This document shows, one piece after another, positions 1-8,567 of a DNA stretch of 64,000 bases. The stretch is from the NCBI GenBank assembly GCA_045638025.1, contig JAZUAO010000006.1:3281-67280 (forward strand), written 5' to 3'. This DNA is from Candidatus Gastranaerophilaceae bacterium. GTDB taxonomy: Bacteria; Cyanobacteriota; Vampirovibrionia; Gastranaerophilales; Gastranaerophilaceae. Made by a program: the position numbers and the translations under genes. The notes beneath the pieces were generated by a model. The model ran no database searches and was not told where the DNA came from. It saw only the letters and a program-made list of their open reading frames with translations. Position 1 is the stretch's first letter, and the number at the start of each line of letters is the position of its first letter.

Positions 1-230
1 TGCAATATTTCCAGTATTGTTTTACTAGAAGAATCAATAATTTCTTTTGCCGTTTTATTATCAGTTTGAATAGTTTCAACATGCTTAATAAATTTTTTAG
101 CAAACGCAAAATCCCTTTTTTCAAGCTCTATAATTGATACATTTTTAGCTTTATTTGCTATGTTACTACAACGCCATTGAGATAATAGTCGTGCTTGAAA
201 ATTAATGCTGTCTTGCTTTGAAATATTCAT
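1..230 (-). CDS. hypothetical protein; only the N-terminal ~76 codons lie inside the window
   Basis: The minus-strand frame is open from ATG (230-228) to the window edge: MNISKQDSINFQARLLSQWRCSN... No domain is recognisable. It is absent from the ORF track because no stop lies in the window. Confidence 0.3.
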   Translation of the reverse strand, partial: MNISKQDSINFQARLLSQWRCSNIANKAKNVSIIELEKRDFAFAKKFIKHVETIQTDNKTAKEIIDSSSKTILEIL

Positions 231-317
231 ATATCTTTTTAATACCATTATTTGACAAAATAATCAATTCTTCAACACAATATGCGTTTATGCTAAAATT
301 ATGGCAAGGAGTTTTAA

Positions 318-1358
318 ATGAAAGCACTTGTTTTCAACACAGAATTTAAAAATAATTATAACTTGGTTAATCGAGAAAAACCTCAAATTTTAGATCCTAA
401 AGATGTAATTTTACAAGTTACACTTTCATCAATCTGCACAAGCGATTTGCATATAATACATGGACAAATCCCAAGAGCAAACAATGATATTGTTTTAGGT
501 CATGAATACGTTGGTGTAGTTGTTGAAGTAGGTTCAGACGTCAAAAAATTGAAAGTTGGGGATAGAGTAAGTGCAAATTGTGAAACTTTTTGTGGAGAAT
601 GCTTTTTTTGCCAACGAGGGTTTATAAACAATTGCGAAAATGGTGGCTGGGAAATTGGATGCAAAATTGACGGTTGTCAAGCTGAATTTGTACGTGTTCC
701 TTTTGCTGATAACGCATTAAACAAACTTCCTGATAATGTAAGCGACTTAAACGCGCTTTTTGTCGGAGATGTTTTGGCTACAGGTTATTTCGGTGCAGAA
801 ATGTGTGAAATACAACCCGATGACACCGTTGCAATTATCGGCTCTGGACCAGTTGGAATGTGTTGCATGATTTGTGCAAAAGTTATGGGTGCAAAAGAAA
901 TTATTGCAATTGACATTGATAATACAAGGTTAAATATTGCATCAGAACAGAAATTAGCTAATCATTTTTTAAATCCAAATGAATGTGATATTGAAACAGA
1001 AATCAAAAAACTCACTTTTGGCAGAGGTGCAGATAAAGTCATAGAAGCAGGTGGCACAAAAGAAACATTTGAAATGAGCTACAAAATAGCCCGACCTAAC
1101 GCTATTGTTGGAGTCGTTGCTCTTTATGAAGAAGATATGACATTACCTTTGCCTAAAATGTACGGAAAGAATTTGACATTCAAAACTGGCGGAATTGATG
1201 CAATTCATTCGGAAGAACTTATTAAACTAATATCAGAAGGCAAAATTAATACTGATTTTTTGATTACACATACATTTAAACTTGACGATATTATGCAGGC
1301 ATATGAACTATTTCAAACAAAAAAAGAGAACTGCATAAAAATTGCAATCAAACCATAG
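318..1358 (+). CDS. zinc-dependent alcohol dehydrogenase family (MDR) oxidoreductase
   Basis: 346-aa ORF with GHEYVGVVVEVG catalytic-Zn motif, structural-Zn Cys cluster CETFCGECFFCQRGFINNC and Rossmann-type IIGSGPVG. AAGGAG RBS lies just upstream. Confidence 0.9.
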   Translation: MKALVFNTEFKNNYNLVNREKPQILDPKDVILQVTLSSICTSDLHIIHGQIPRANNDIVLGHEYVGVVVEVGSDVKKLKVGDRVSANCETFCGECFFCQRGFINNCENGGWEIGCKIDGCQAEFVRVPFADNALNKLPDNVSDLNALFVGDVLATGYFGAEMCEIQPDDTVAIIGSGPVGMCCMICAKVMGAKEIIAIDIDNTRLNIASEQKLANHFLNPNECDIETEIKKLTFGRGADKVIEAGGTKETFEMSYKIARPNAIVGVVALYEEDMTLPLPKMYGKNLTFKTGGIDAIHSEELIKLISEGKINTDFLITHTFKLDDIMQAYELFQTKKENCIKIAIKP

Positions 1359-1435
1359 CAGGATTCCACAGAATCACCCACCCCAAAATAGTTGCAAATT
1401 CTTAATAATAAACTCATCAATTTATAGGGAATTAG

Positions 1436-1464
1436 TTGCTTTTTATATGCGAAAGATGTATAAT
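1436..1464 (+). promoter_or_regulatory. sigma70-like promoter candidate for the RTX gene
   Basis: TTGCTT (1436-1441), 17-nt spacer, TATAAT (1459-1464), about 115 nt upstream of the ATG at 1581. Confidence 0.45.
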
Positions 1465-1580
1465 TTACTTAGTTAGCAATAGCCATTGCGACTAAGAAGA
1501 ATAGAGTTAAATTTGAATAAAAATTTATATTCATTTTTCATTTTGGGTTAATACAGACAGAGGAAATAAAGGAGTGTATT

Positions 1581-4500
1581 ATGGCGGTAAAAGTAAATGG
1601 TACAAAGGGTAACGACAACATTTTCGTTGACTCGGGTAACGACACAATTAGTGCTGGCAATGGTAATGACACCATTTTTGCTGGTGGTGGCAATGATGTT
1701 ATTACAGGAGGAAGTGGCGACAACACTATCACGCTTACAACTATTGCAAAACTTCTAGGGCAAACATCTACAGAAGGTTTTGGCAATGACATTATCAACC
1801 TTACTAGCGGTGAAAATTTGATACTTGATTGCAAAGATTATTCAACCTTCCAATCTGCTAAAATTGCAGGTAAAGATGTTGTTTTAACATTTGGTGAAAA
1901 TGAAACTGTAACTCTTAAAAACTTTGCATCTAAAGATGTTGTTGGTTCAAAAGGTAGTGTTACATTGAAATTATACGATGCTCAAGGTAATGAACTAGAA
2001 CCTGTTGATTTAAAAACTCAAATTGAATATTCAGCAAGTGTTAACTCAAAAGGCATATACAACGGCTCTTGGTTAAGCGAAATTATTGACGCTAGTGACA
2101 TTGAAAAAGCTTTTGATAAAAAAGGTACAAAAGGTATTTCTGTAAAAGCTGGTAATGGCGATGATGTAATTACTGGTTCTGATTTTAACGATACTATCTA
2201 TGGTGGCAACAACGATGATAGTATTGTTGGTGGAGAAGGTGCTGACAAGCTATATGGTGAAGCTGGTAACGACACTTTAGTTGGTGGCGATGGTAATGAC
2301 TCATTAAGCGGTGGTGACGGTAACGATTCAATTACTGGTGGTGCTGGTAACGATACTATCACAGGCGGAAAAGGCTCAAACGAAGTTGTTTTATCTACAG
2401 GCTTTGGAAATGATACTATCAATTTAACAAAAGGCGAAACTTTAAATATCAATTATGCTGGCTTCAATAACGATGATATTAAATATGAAGCATCTAAAAA
2501 CGACTTAATCGTTAAATTTGGTGATGATCAAGTAACTTTGAAAAACTTTTATGCAAAAGAAACTGGCGCAACAGTAATTATTAATGGCATAAACGCTGAT
2601 CAAGTTCATGTTTTTGATGAACCTACAATTGTTAATGCATCTAGCAAAACTGGCTCAGCTTTAGCTGATGTATTAGATGCATCATCTTATAAAGCTACTA
2701 CAGAAAAAATTGGCAAAGGTGTTTCAATGAGTGGTGCTGGTGGATACGATGAATTAATCGGCTCTAAGCACAATGACACCTTAAAAGGTGGTGACGGCAA
2801 CGACACTATTTTAGGCAACGCAGGTAATGATATTATCTATGGTGGCAACAACGATGATAGTATTGTTGGTGGAGAAGGTGCTGACAAGCTATATGGTGAA
2901 GCTGGTAATGACACTTTAGTTGGTGGCGATGGTAATGACTCATTAAGCGGTGGTGACGGTAACGATACTATAGAAGGTGGTATTGGCGCTGACCTTGTTA
3001 AAGGTGATAAAGGTGACGACTATTTATATGGTCAAGATGACGATGACAAAATGTATGGTGGCGATGGTAACGATACTATCTATGCTGGCAAAGATAACGA
3101 CCTTGTTTATGGTGACAAAGGCAATGACTACATAGAAGGAAATGAAGGTGCTGATACTATCTATGGTGGCGATGGTAATGATGTAATATATGCGTCACAA
3201 ATAAAAAATCCAAATTTGAGCTATGTATATGGAAACATTGTTGATGATGCTAGTGCTAATAAATTAGACGGTGGCGCTGGTAATGATACTATCTATTCAA
3301 GCCTTGGCGCTGATACAATCTATGGTGGTGCTGGCAACGACAGTTTAGAAGTCTTTGGAGCAAACTCTGTTACTTATGCTGGAGATGGAAATGACGAAAT
3401 TACCTTGTATTATAATTCTGCAAAAACTGTATATGCTGAAAAAGGTAATGATTATATTTCTATAGAATATGGCCAAGTTGAAGTATATGGTGGCACTGGT
3501 AACGACTTCCTTGAAAGTGGTCTTATGAATAATTCAAACCTTTACTTTAACAAAGGAGATGGAAAAGACACATACCGTTACAGAGGCGCTTTAGAATATA
3601 ATAGTGGACAAGGTGATGGATACAATGTAAGCGAAGATACACTTGTGTTCAAGAATGTGGCGGCTTCTGATTTATCATATAAACAAAATGGTGATGATTT
3701 AGTTATTTCTTATAGCAAGAACGATAGCGTTACAGTAGAAAACTATTATAAATATCTTAATGCTGAAGATTTATCTTTTGAAGATGAAAGAGGTAATGCT
3801 GCAAAATACATGGCACAATCTGGAGATTGGAAAATTTATATCCAAACAAAAGATGGTGGCAAAGTATTGTTATCCGATATGCTTAATTCATACTATGGCA
3901 CTTCTAAGGCAAACAAAATAACTACTGACAAAGAATTTGTTCACACTTTTGCTGATAACGATAATGTAACAATTACAAGTAACGGTTCAACTGTTTACGC
4001 TGGTACAGGTAACGACACCGTAAAAGGCGGCGATGGTAACGACTATATAGAAGGTCAAGATGGAAATGACAAATTATATGGTGGCGACGGCGTTGATACA
4101 ATTTTGGGTGGAAAAGGAAACGACCTAATTGAAGGAGGCGACGGCGACCCTGCAAATTATAGCTGGCTATCTGGTGGCACTGGTAATGATACAATCAAAG
4201 CTACTGATGGTTATAATTATATCCAAGGCGATGAAGGTAATGACCTTGTTGAAGGTGGTGTTGGTTATGACTATGTAGAAGGTGGCGAAGGCAACGATAA
4301 AATATATGGTAATGCTGGTGATGACTACTTATTAGGTGACGCTGGTGCTGACTCGATATATGGTGGTGAAGGTAATGATACCATTATGGCTTCTACATAT
4401 TTATATGGTGAAATTCCTGCTGGTACTCCAACTGTTACAGATTACTATAGTAAATTCTTAGCTGATGGTAGTGCTAATATTATTGATTCTGGAAATGGTG

Positions 4501-7388
4501 ATGATAGAATCTGGGGTAGCAATGGCGCTGACACGATCAATGCTGGTGCTGGCAATGATAAGGTTTATGCATTTGGTGAAGGCAGTGTAATTGACCTTGG
4601 CGATGGTAATGATTTATCTAACCTTTACCAAAATAATGCTAAAACACTATATGCTGGTGCTGGTAATGATACTGTTTCTGTAGAATACGGTAAGGCTACT
4701 GTAACTGGTGGAACTGGAGATGATATTCTTAAGAGCGGTTATATATCAGATTCTACATTTGTATTCGCTGCTGGTGATGGCAACGACACATATCAATATA
4801 GAGGCTACACCGTAAGCCCTGGTGGTGCTGGCCCTACATTCTGCAATGATACATTAGTATTTGAAAATATTTCATCTGCAGATATGACATTTGCACAAGA
4901 CGGCGAAAACCTTGTTATTACTTATGCAGATAATTCAAGTGTTACATTAGAAAACTTCTACAAAGAAGGCTCTAATTCAGATAAATGGAATGTATATCTA
5001 CAAACTAATGAAGGTAGCACATTATTAGCAGATGCTATTGCTCAATACAATGAAAAACTTCAAGCTGAAGCTCCTGAAGGTGCTATTCTTGGTACATTTG
5101 CTGATGACGAAATTTCTACAAAAGGTGTAGCAGCAGATATCGCATACGGTTATCAAGGTAATGATAACATTAGTACAGGCTTAGGGAATGATATTGTATA
5201 TGCTGGTGTTGGCAATGATATTGTAAATGCAGGCAGAGATAATGACCTAGTATACGGTGGTGAAGGCAACGACTATATACAAGATGGCGCTGGCAACGAC
5301 ACTATTTACGGCGAAGCTGGTGACGATACGTTAGAAGGTATCATGGGGGATGATGAAATCTACGGTGAAGACGGTAATGATATAATATATGCTGATGGTG
5401 GCAAGGACTTTATCGAAGGTGGCGCTGGTAATGATACTATCGAAACTGGTTCTGGTGACACTGTTATTGCTGGTACTGGTGATGACGTTATCAACGTTAC
5501 ATATGGTGAAAATGTATTAGAATTCTCTAAAGGTTCTGGTAATGACCTTATAACTATGATGGGAGGAACAACTACATTAAAACTTAACGATGTAACTTCT
5601 ATTCTAAACTTATCATATAAACAAGTAGGTGATGACTTAGTTATTACTAATGCACATTCAACATCTGATATTGTAACTGTAAAAGATTACTTCAAAGAAG
5701 GCTATGATGTAAAACTTCAAATTAAAAATGGAACAGTATATGATATTGCATCAATATTAGGTTCAAATTCTGCTGATACTTTAAATGGTACAGAAGGAAA
5801 TGATACATTCTACGCTTTAGGTGGTGATGATACTCTCAACGGAGAAGCAGGTAATGACAGGTTATATGGCCAAGCAGGTAACGACTCTATTTTAGGCGAA
5901 GCTGGAGCTGATAATATATCTGCTGGTGATGGCGATGACTACGTAGATGGTGGCGCAGACAAAGATACCTTAACCGGAGGAAATGGCAACGACACTATAT
6001 ATGGTGGTGCTGGTGATGATAGAATTGGCGATGCAAATTCAGAAGCTGGTGATGACATTATTTACGGTGGCGACGGAAAAGACCAAATCAAAGGTGGTGC
6101 AGGCAACGATACTATCTATGGTGACGCTGGAAACGATACAATCTGGGGAAACATAGGTGATGACAAAATCTATGGTGGCGACAGTGATGACACTATTTAT
6201 GGTGAAACAAACAGCAACGCTACTACATTAGGCAACGACTATATTGAAACTGGCGCTGGTAATGATAAAGTATACTGTGGCGCAGGCAATGACACCATCA
6301 TCCTTGGCGAAGGCAAAAATAGTGTAAGTGCATACGACGGAGATGACAAAATTTATGGTGGAAATGGCAACGACGATATCAACACTGGACACGGCAATAA
6401 CTATGTTGAAACTGGTTTAGGTAACAATATGGTATCTGCTGGCTCTAATAACGATACAATCATTGTTGATGGTGGCACAAATACTGTTCGAGCTGGCGCT
6501 GGTGATGACTCAATCACAATTAAAGGTGGTACAAATCGCTTCTTATATGGTGGAGCTGGTGATGATACAGTTGTTATCCAAGCAGGCACAAATAACCTTG
6601 AACTTGAAGATGGTGATGACACAGTAACTATCACTAACGATTGGAAACTAAGAGATAAAGAAACTGATATCGTTGCTGGTAAATCAACTATTACTGGTGG
6701 TACTGGTAATGACACATTCAACGTTGGTAAAGGTACATTTGAAGTATCTCTAACTGGTGGTGAAGGTGCTGATGTATTCGATATCTCTCACACATGGCAA
6801 TATGATGCATACAATTATGATGCTAATGGCACACTTGGCGTTTGCAAAGGATCAGATATTACTATCAATGACTTTAGTGCAGAAGATACAATCGCATTAA
6901 GAAATGGTGCAAAAGATCACTTTATGGGTGATGGCTATAGTGTAAATGCTAAAGATTACGCTAAATACTCAATGTTCTTTGATGTATCAGTAGATGCAGA
7001 TGGTAACGCAACCGCTGATTTATCTAAAGTTATGTTTGCATTAGATGATAAAGATTCTGTTGTAAGTTCTTACAATGCAACTACTGGTAAACTTGATACA
7101 TCAATCATAATTAAAACTGCTGATGAAAATGGTAGCGTATTAGATGCTGGTAAAATTGTATTTAGAGATACTGAAGGCAATGATATTGAATACAAATTCA
7201 ACGATGCATACATTAATGACGTTACAGAAAAAGTTGCTGCTTGGTTAACATCTGATGGTAGAGATTATGCATCTGTTTCAGATGCAATTGCTGCCGGCGA
7301 CACAGAAGTATTAACAGCGTTTGTAAATGCTTCTTTACCAAATGCAACTGGTCCTGCTGGTGGTTACGACATCTTTATTCAAGCATAA
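1581..7388 (+). CDS. giant RTX-type calcium-binding repeat protein (probable type I secretion substrate, adhesin or S-layer-like)
   Basis: 1935-aa ORF with dozens of GGxGxDxhx nonapeptides (GGAGNDTIY, GGDGNDSLS and others). Blocks are separated by about 40-aa beta modules (DTLVF.N....D..F.Q.GDDLVI.Y....SVT.ENFYK). The repeat-free C-terminal ~250 aa is acidic. GGAG RBS upstream; a T1SS operon is adjacent. Confidence 0.92.
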   Translation: MAVKVNGTKGNDNIFVDSGNDTISAGNGNDTIFAGGGNDVITGGSGDNTITLTTIAKLLGQTSTEGFGNDIINLTSGENLILDCKDYSTFQSAKIAGKDVVLTFGENETVTLKNFASKDVVGSKGSVTLKLYDAQGNELEPVDLKTQIEYSASVNSKGIYNGSWLSEIIDASDIEKAFDKKGTKGISVKAGNGDDVITGSDFNDTIYGGNNDDSIVGGEGADKLYGEAGNDTLVGGDGNDSLSGGDGNDSITGGAGNDTITGGKGSNEVVLSTGFGNDTINLTKGETLNINYAGFNNDDIKYEASKNDLIVKFGDDQVTLKNFYAKETGATVIINGINADQVHVFDEPTIVNASSKTGSALADVLDASSYKATTEKIGKGVSMSGAGGYDELIGSKHNDTLKGGDGNDTILGNAGNDIIYGGNNDDSIVGGEGADKLYGEAGNDTLVGGDGNDSLSGGDGNDTIEGGIGADLVKGDKGDDYLYGQDDDDKMYGGDGNDTIYAGKDNDLVYGDKGNDYIEGNEGADTIYGGDGNDVIYASQIKNPNLSYVYGNIVDDASANKLDGGAGNDTIYSSLGADTIYGGAGNDSLEVFGANSVTYAGDGNDEITLYYNSAKTVYAEKGNDYISIEYGQVEVYGGTGNDFLESGLMNNSNLYFNKGDGKDTYRYRGALEYNSGQGDGYNVSEDTLVFKNVAASDLSYKQNGDDLVISYSKNDSVTVENYYKYLNAEDLSFEDERGNAAKYMAQSGDWKIYIQTKDGGKVLLSDMLNSYYGTSKANKITTDKEFVHTFADNDNVTITSNGSTVYAGTGNDTVKGGDGNDYIEGQDGNDKLYGGDGVDTILGGKGNDLIEGGDGDPANYSWLSGGTGNDTIKATDGYNYIQGDEGNDLVEGGVGYDYVEGGEGNDKIYGNAGDDYLLGDAGADSIYGGEGNDTIMASTYLYGEIPAGTPTVTDYYSKFLADGSANIIDSGNGDDRIWGSNGADTINAGAGNDKVYAFGEGSVIDLGDGNDLSNLYQNNAKTLYAGAGNDTVSVEYGKATVTGGTGDDILKSGYISDSTFVFAAGDGNDTYQYRGYTVSPGGAGPTFCNDTLVFENISSADMTFAQDGENLVITYADNSSVTLENFYKEGSNSDKWNVYLQTNEGSTLLADAIAQYNEKLQAEAPEGAILGTFADDEISTKGVAADIAYGYQGNDNISTGLGNDIVYAGVGNDIVNAGRDNDLVYGGEGNDYIQDGAGNDTIYGEAGDDTLEGIMGDDEIYGEDGNDIIYADGGKDFIEGGAGNDTIETGSGDTVIAGTGDDVINVTYGENVLEFSKGSGNDLITMMGGTTTLKLNDVTSILNLSYKQVGDDLVITNAHSTSDIVTVKDYFKEGYDVKLQIKNGTVYDIASILGSNSADTLNGTEGNDTFYALGGDDTLNGEAGNDRLYGQAGNDSILGEAGADNISAGDGDDYVDGGADKDTLTGGNGNDTIYGGAGDDRIGDANSEAGDDIIYGGDGKDQIKGGAGNDTIYGDAGNDTIWGNIGDDKIYGGDSDDTIYGETNSNATTLGNDYIETGAGNDKVYCGAGNDTIILGEGKNSVSAYDGDDKIYGGNGNDDINTGHGNNYVETGLGNNMVSAGSNNDTIIVDGGTNTVRAGAGDDSITIKGGTNRFLYGGAGDDTVVIQAGTNNLELEDGDDTVTITNDWKLRDKETDIVAGKSTITGGTGNDTFNVGKGTFEVSLTGGEGADVFDISHTWQYDAYNYDANGTLGVCKGSDITINDFSAEDTIALRNGAKDHFMGDGYSVNAKDYAKYSMFFDVSVDADGNATADLSKVMFALDDKDSVVSSYNATTGKLDTSIIIKTADENGSVLDAGKIVFRDTEGNDIEYKFNDAYINDVTEKVAAWLTSDGRDYASVSDAIAAGDTEVLTAFVNASLPNATGPAGGYDIFIQA
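2196..2327 (+). repeat. intragenic direct repeat, copy 1 (132 nt)
   Basis: Identical to 2835-2966 except one C/T difference (ggtaaCgac vs ggtaaTgac). Encodes IYGGNNDDSIVGGEGADKLYGEAGNDTLVGGDGNDSLSGGDGND. Confidence 0.9.
2835..2966 (+). repeat. intragenic direct repeat, copy 2 (132 nt)
   Basis: 131/132 nt identical to 2196-2327, in frame, 639 nt downstream of copy 1. Confidence 0.9.
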
Positions 7389-7406
7389 TTGCTAAAATAA
7401 TAAATT

Positions 7407-7434
7407 AAAAGAGAGGCTAATGCCTCTCTTTTTT
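7407..7434. terminator. bidirectional rho-independent terminator between the RTX gene and the convergent hlyD-like gene
   Basis: AAAA-GAGAGGC-TAAT-GCCTCTC-TTTTTT: perfect 7-bp GC-rich stem flanked by an A-run and a T-run. Confidence 0.8.
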
Positions 7435-7512
7435 ATACACAAAATTTTATCTTTTTCTACAAAAACGCCCTTGATTACTTTCAAGAGCATTTATTATATT
7501 TTATTTATCAAA

Positions 7513-8556
7513 TTAACGAACTTTTATACTTTCATCCAAGTATTTAATCAACGGATAAATAAAGAATTCAATAATTCGTCTTTTACCAATATTGATTTCA
7601 TTTGTCGAAGACATGCCAGACTTGATACTCTGTTCTTTGCCCTCTACCATTAATGTAGTGTTTTCTGGACTGATATAAACCTCATAAACTGGCCCAAGAC
7701 GTTCATCTTCAATACTATTAACTCCAACAAGAGTTACAACACCTTTCAAAATACCATATTTTTGGAAATTAAAAGTATCAACTTTTATAGACACATCCAT
7801 TCCTTCTTCAATAAAACCGATATCTTGGTTCAAAACTTTTGCTTTAATCACAAGCTTAGAATCCTTCGGAACAATTGTCATTAATTCTTGAGCTGGAGTT
7901 ACAACCCCACCAATCGTGTGAATTTGAACTTTATTTACATAACCATCAATTGGAGATTTTATAGTTTGAATTAATTTTTCTAACTGAGCTTTTCTATTAT
8001 TTAACTCAGCATAAGAAGACTCCAAAGCTCTTAATTCGTGAGACAAAACTGTTACTTGCTCTACTGCTTGATCATAACTTACCTTTGGAATAATATCTTG
8101 AACCGTTGATAATCTAGCTTTCTTATCCTTTGCTAACGCTAATCTTGCTCTTGTTGATGCAATTTGTTCTCTTGTTTTTGCTTGTTCTTCTGCAATATTA
8201 TTCAATTCCAACCCAGGTTCATGTTCTGCTGGATTAATAATTGTAAGCACTTGATCTTTTTCAACGTAATCACCTTCTTTTACTAAAATAGAAGATACCA
8301 CACCTTTATCAAGTGATTGAACTAGTTTTTGTTCACCGTCAGGAATTACAAGCCCTCGAGCAGTCACAACAACATCAACTTTGCCAAAATACATCCAAGC
8401 CGATGCTATTACGATAAATACAATTACAAACCAAAATATTGTTGGCCCTATTGGATTAATAGGATTTTGCTCAATTTCCGCTAACAACGGTTCAAATTCA
8501 TGAGCATCGTTTTCTTTATACAAAATGAAGTTTTTTATTTTATCAAATATTTTCAA
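7513..8556 (-). CDS. hlyD: type I secretion membrane fusion protein (HlyD family)
   Basis: 347 aa with one N-terminal TM (IFWFVIVFIVIASAWMYF), a coiled-coil middle and barrel-sandwich motifs (GKVDVVVTARG..., SPIDGYV). It lies directly downstream of the ABC exporter. Confidence 0.85.
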   Translation of the reverse strand: MKIFDKIKNFILYKENDAHEFEPLLAEIEQNPINPIGPTIFWFVIVFIVIASAWMYFGKVDVVVTARGLVIPDGEQKLVQSLDKGVVSSILVKEGDYVEKDQVLTIINPAEHEPGLELNNIAEEQAKTREQIASTRARLALAKDKKARLSTVQDIIPKVSYDQAVEQVTVLSHELRALESSYAELNNRKAQLEKLIQTIKSPIDGYVNKVQIHTIGGVVTPAQELMTIVPKDSKLVIKAKVLNQDIGFIEEGMDVSIKVDTFNFQKYGILKGVVTLVGVNSIEDERLGPVYEVYISPENTTLMVEGKEQSIKSGMSSTNEINIGKRRIIEFFIYPLIKYLDESIKVR

Positions 8557-8567
8557 TGTGTTATCTC

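Noticed and set aside
1538-6721. Antisense ORFs inside the RTX gene (1538-1834, 2198-2452, 3973-4194, 6401-6721), translating to Pro/Ser/Val-rich strings.
   Set aside because: They are mirror-image artefacts of the GGT/GAT/AAC-rich Gly-Asp-Asn repeat codons on the sense strand. They have no RBS or domain features, and the sense ORF is continuous for 1935 codons with clear RTX motifs.
1581-7388. Possible CRISPR-like or satellite array suggested by the periodic 27-nt repeats.
   Set aside because: The periodicity is the RTX nonapeptide (9 codons) within one long ORF. There are no invariant direct repeats separated by unique spacers and no cas genes anywhere in the window.
7420-7653. A 77-aa plus-strand ORF downstream of the RTX gene.
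   Set aside because: It begins inside the terminator hairpin and overlaps the 3' end of the hlyD-like gene on the other strand. Its composition is AT-rich junk (F/I/K/N).
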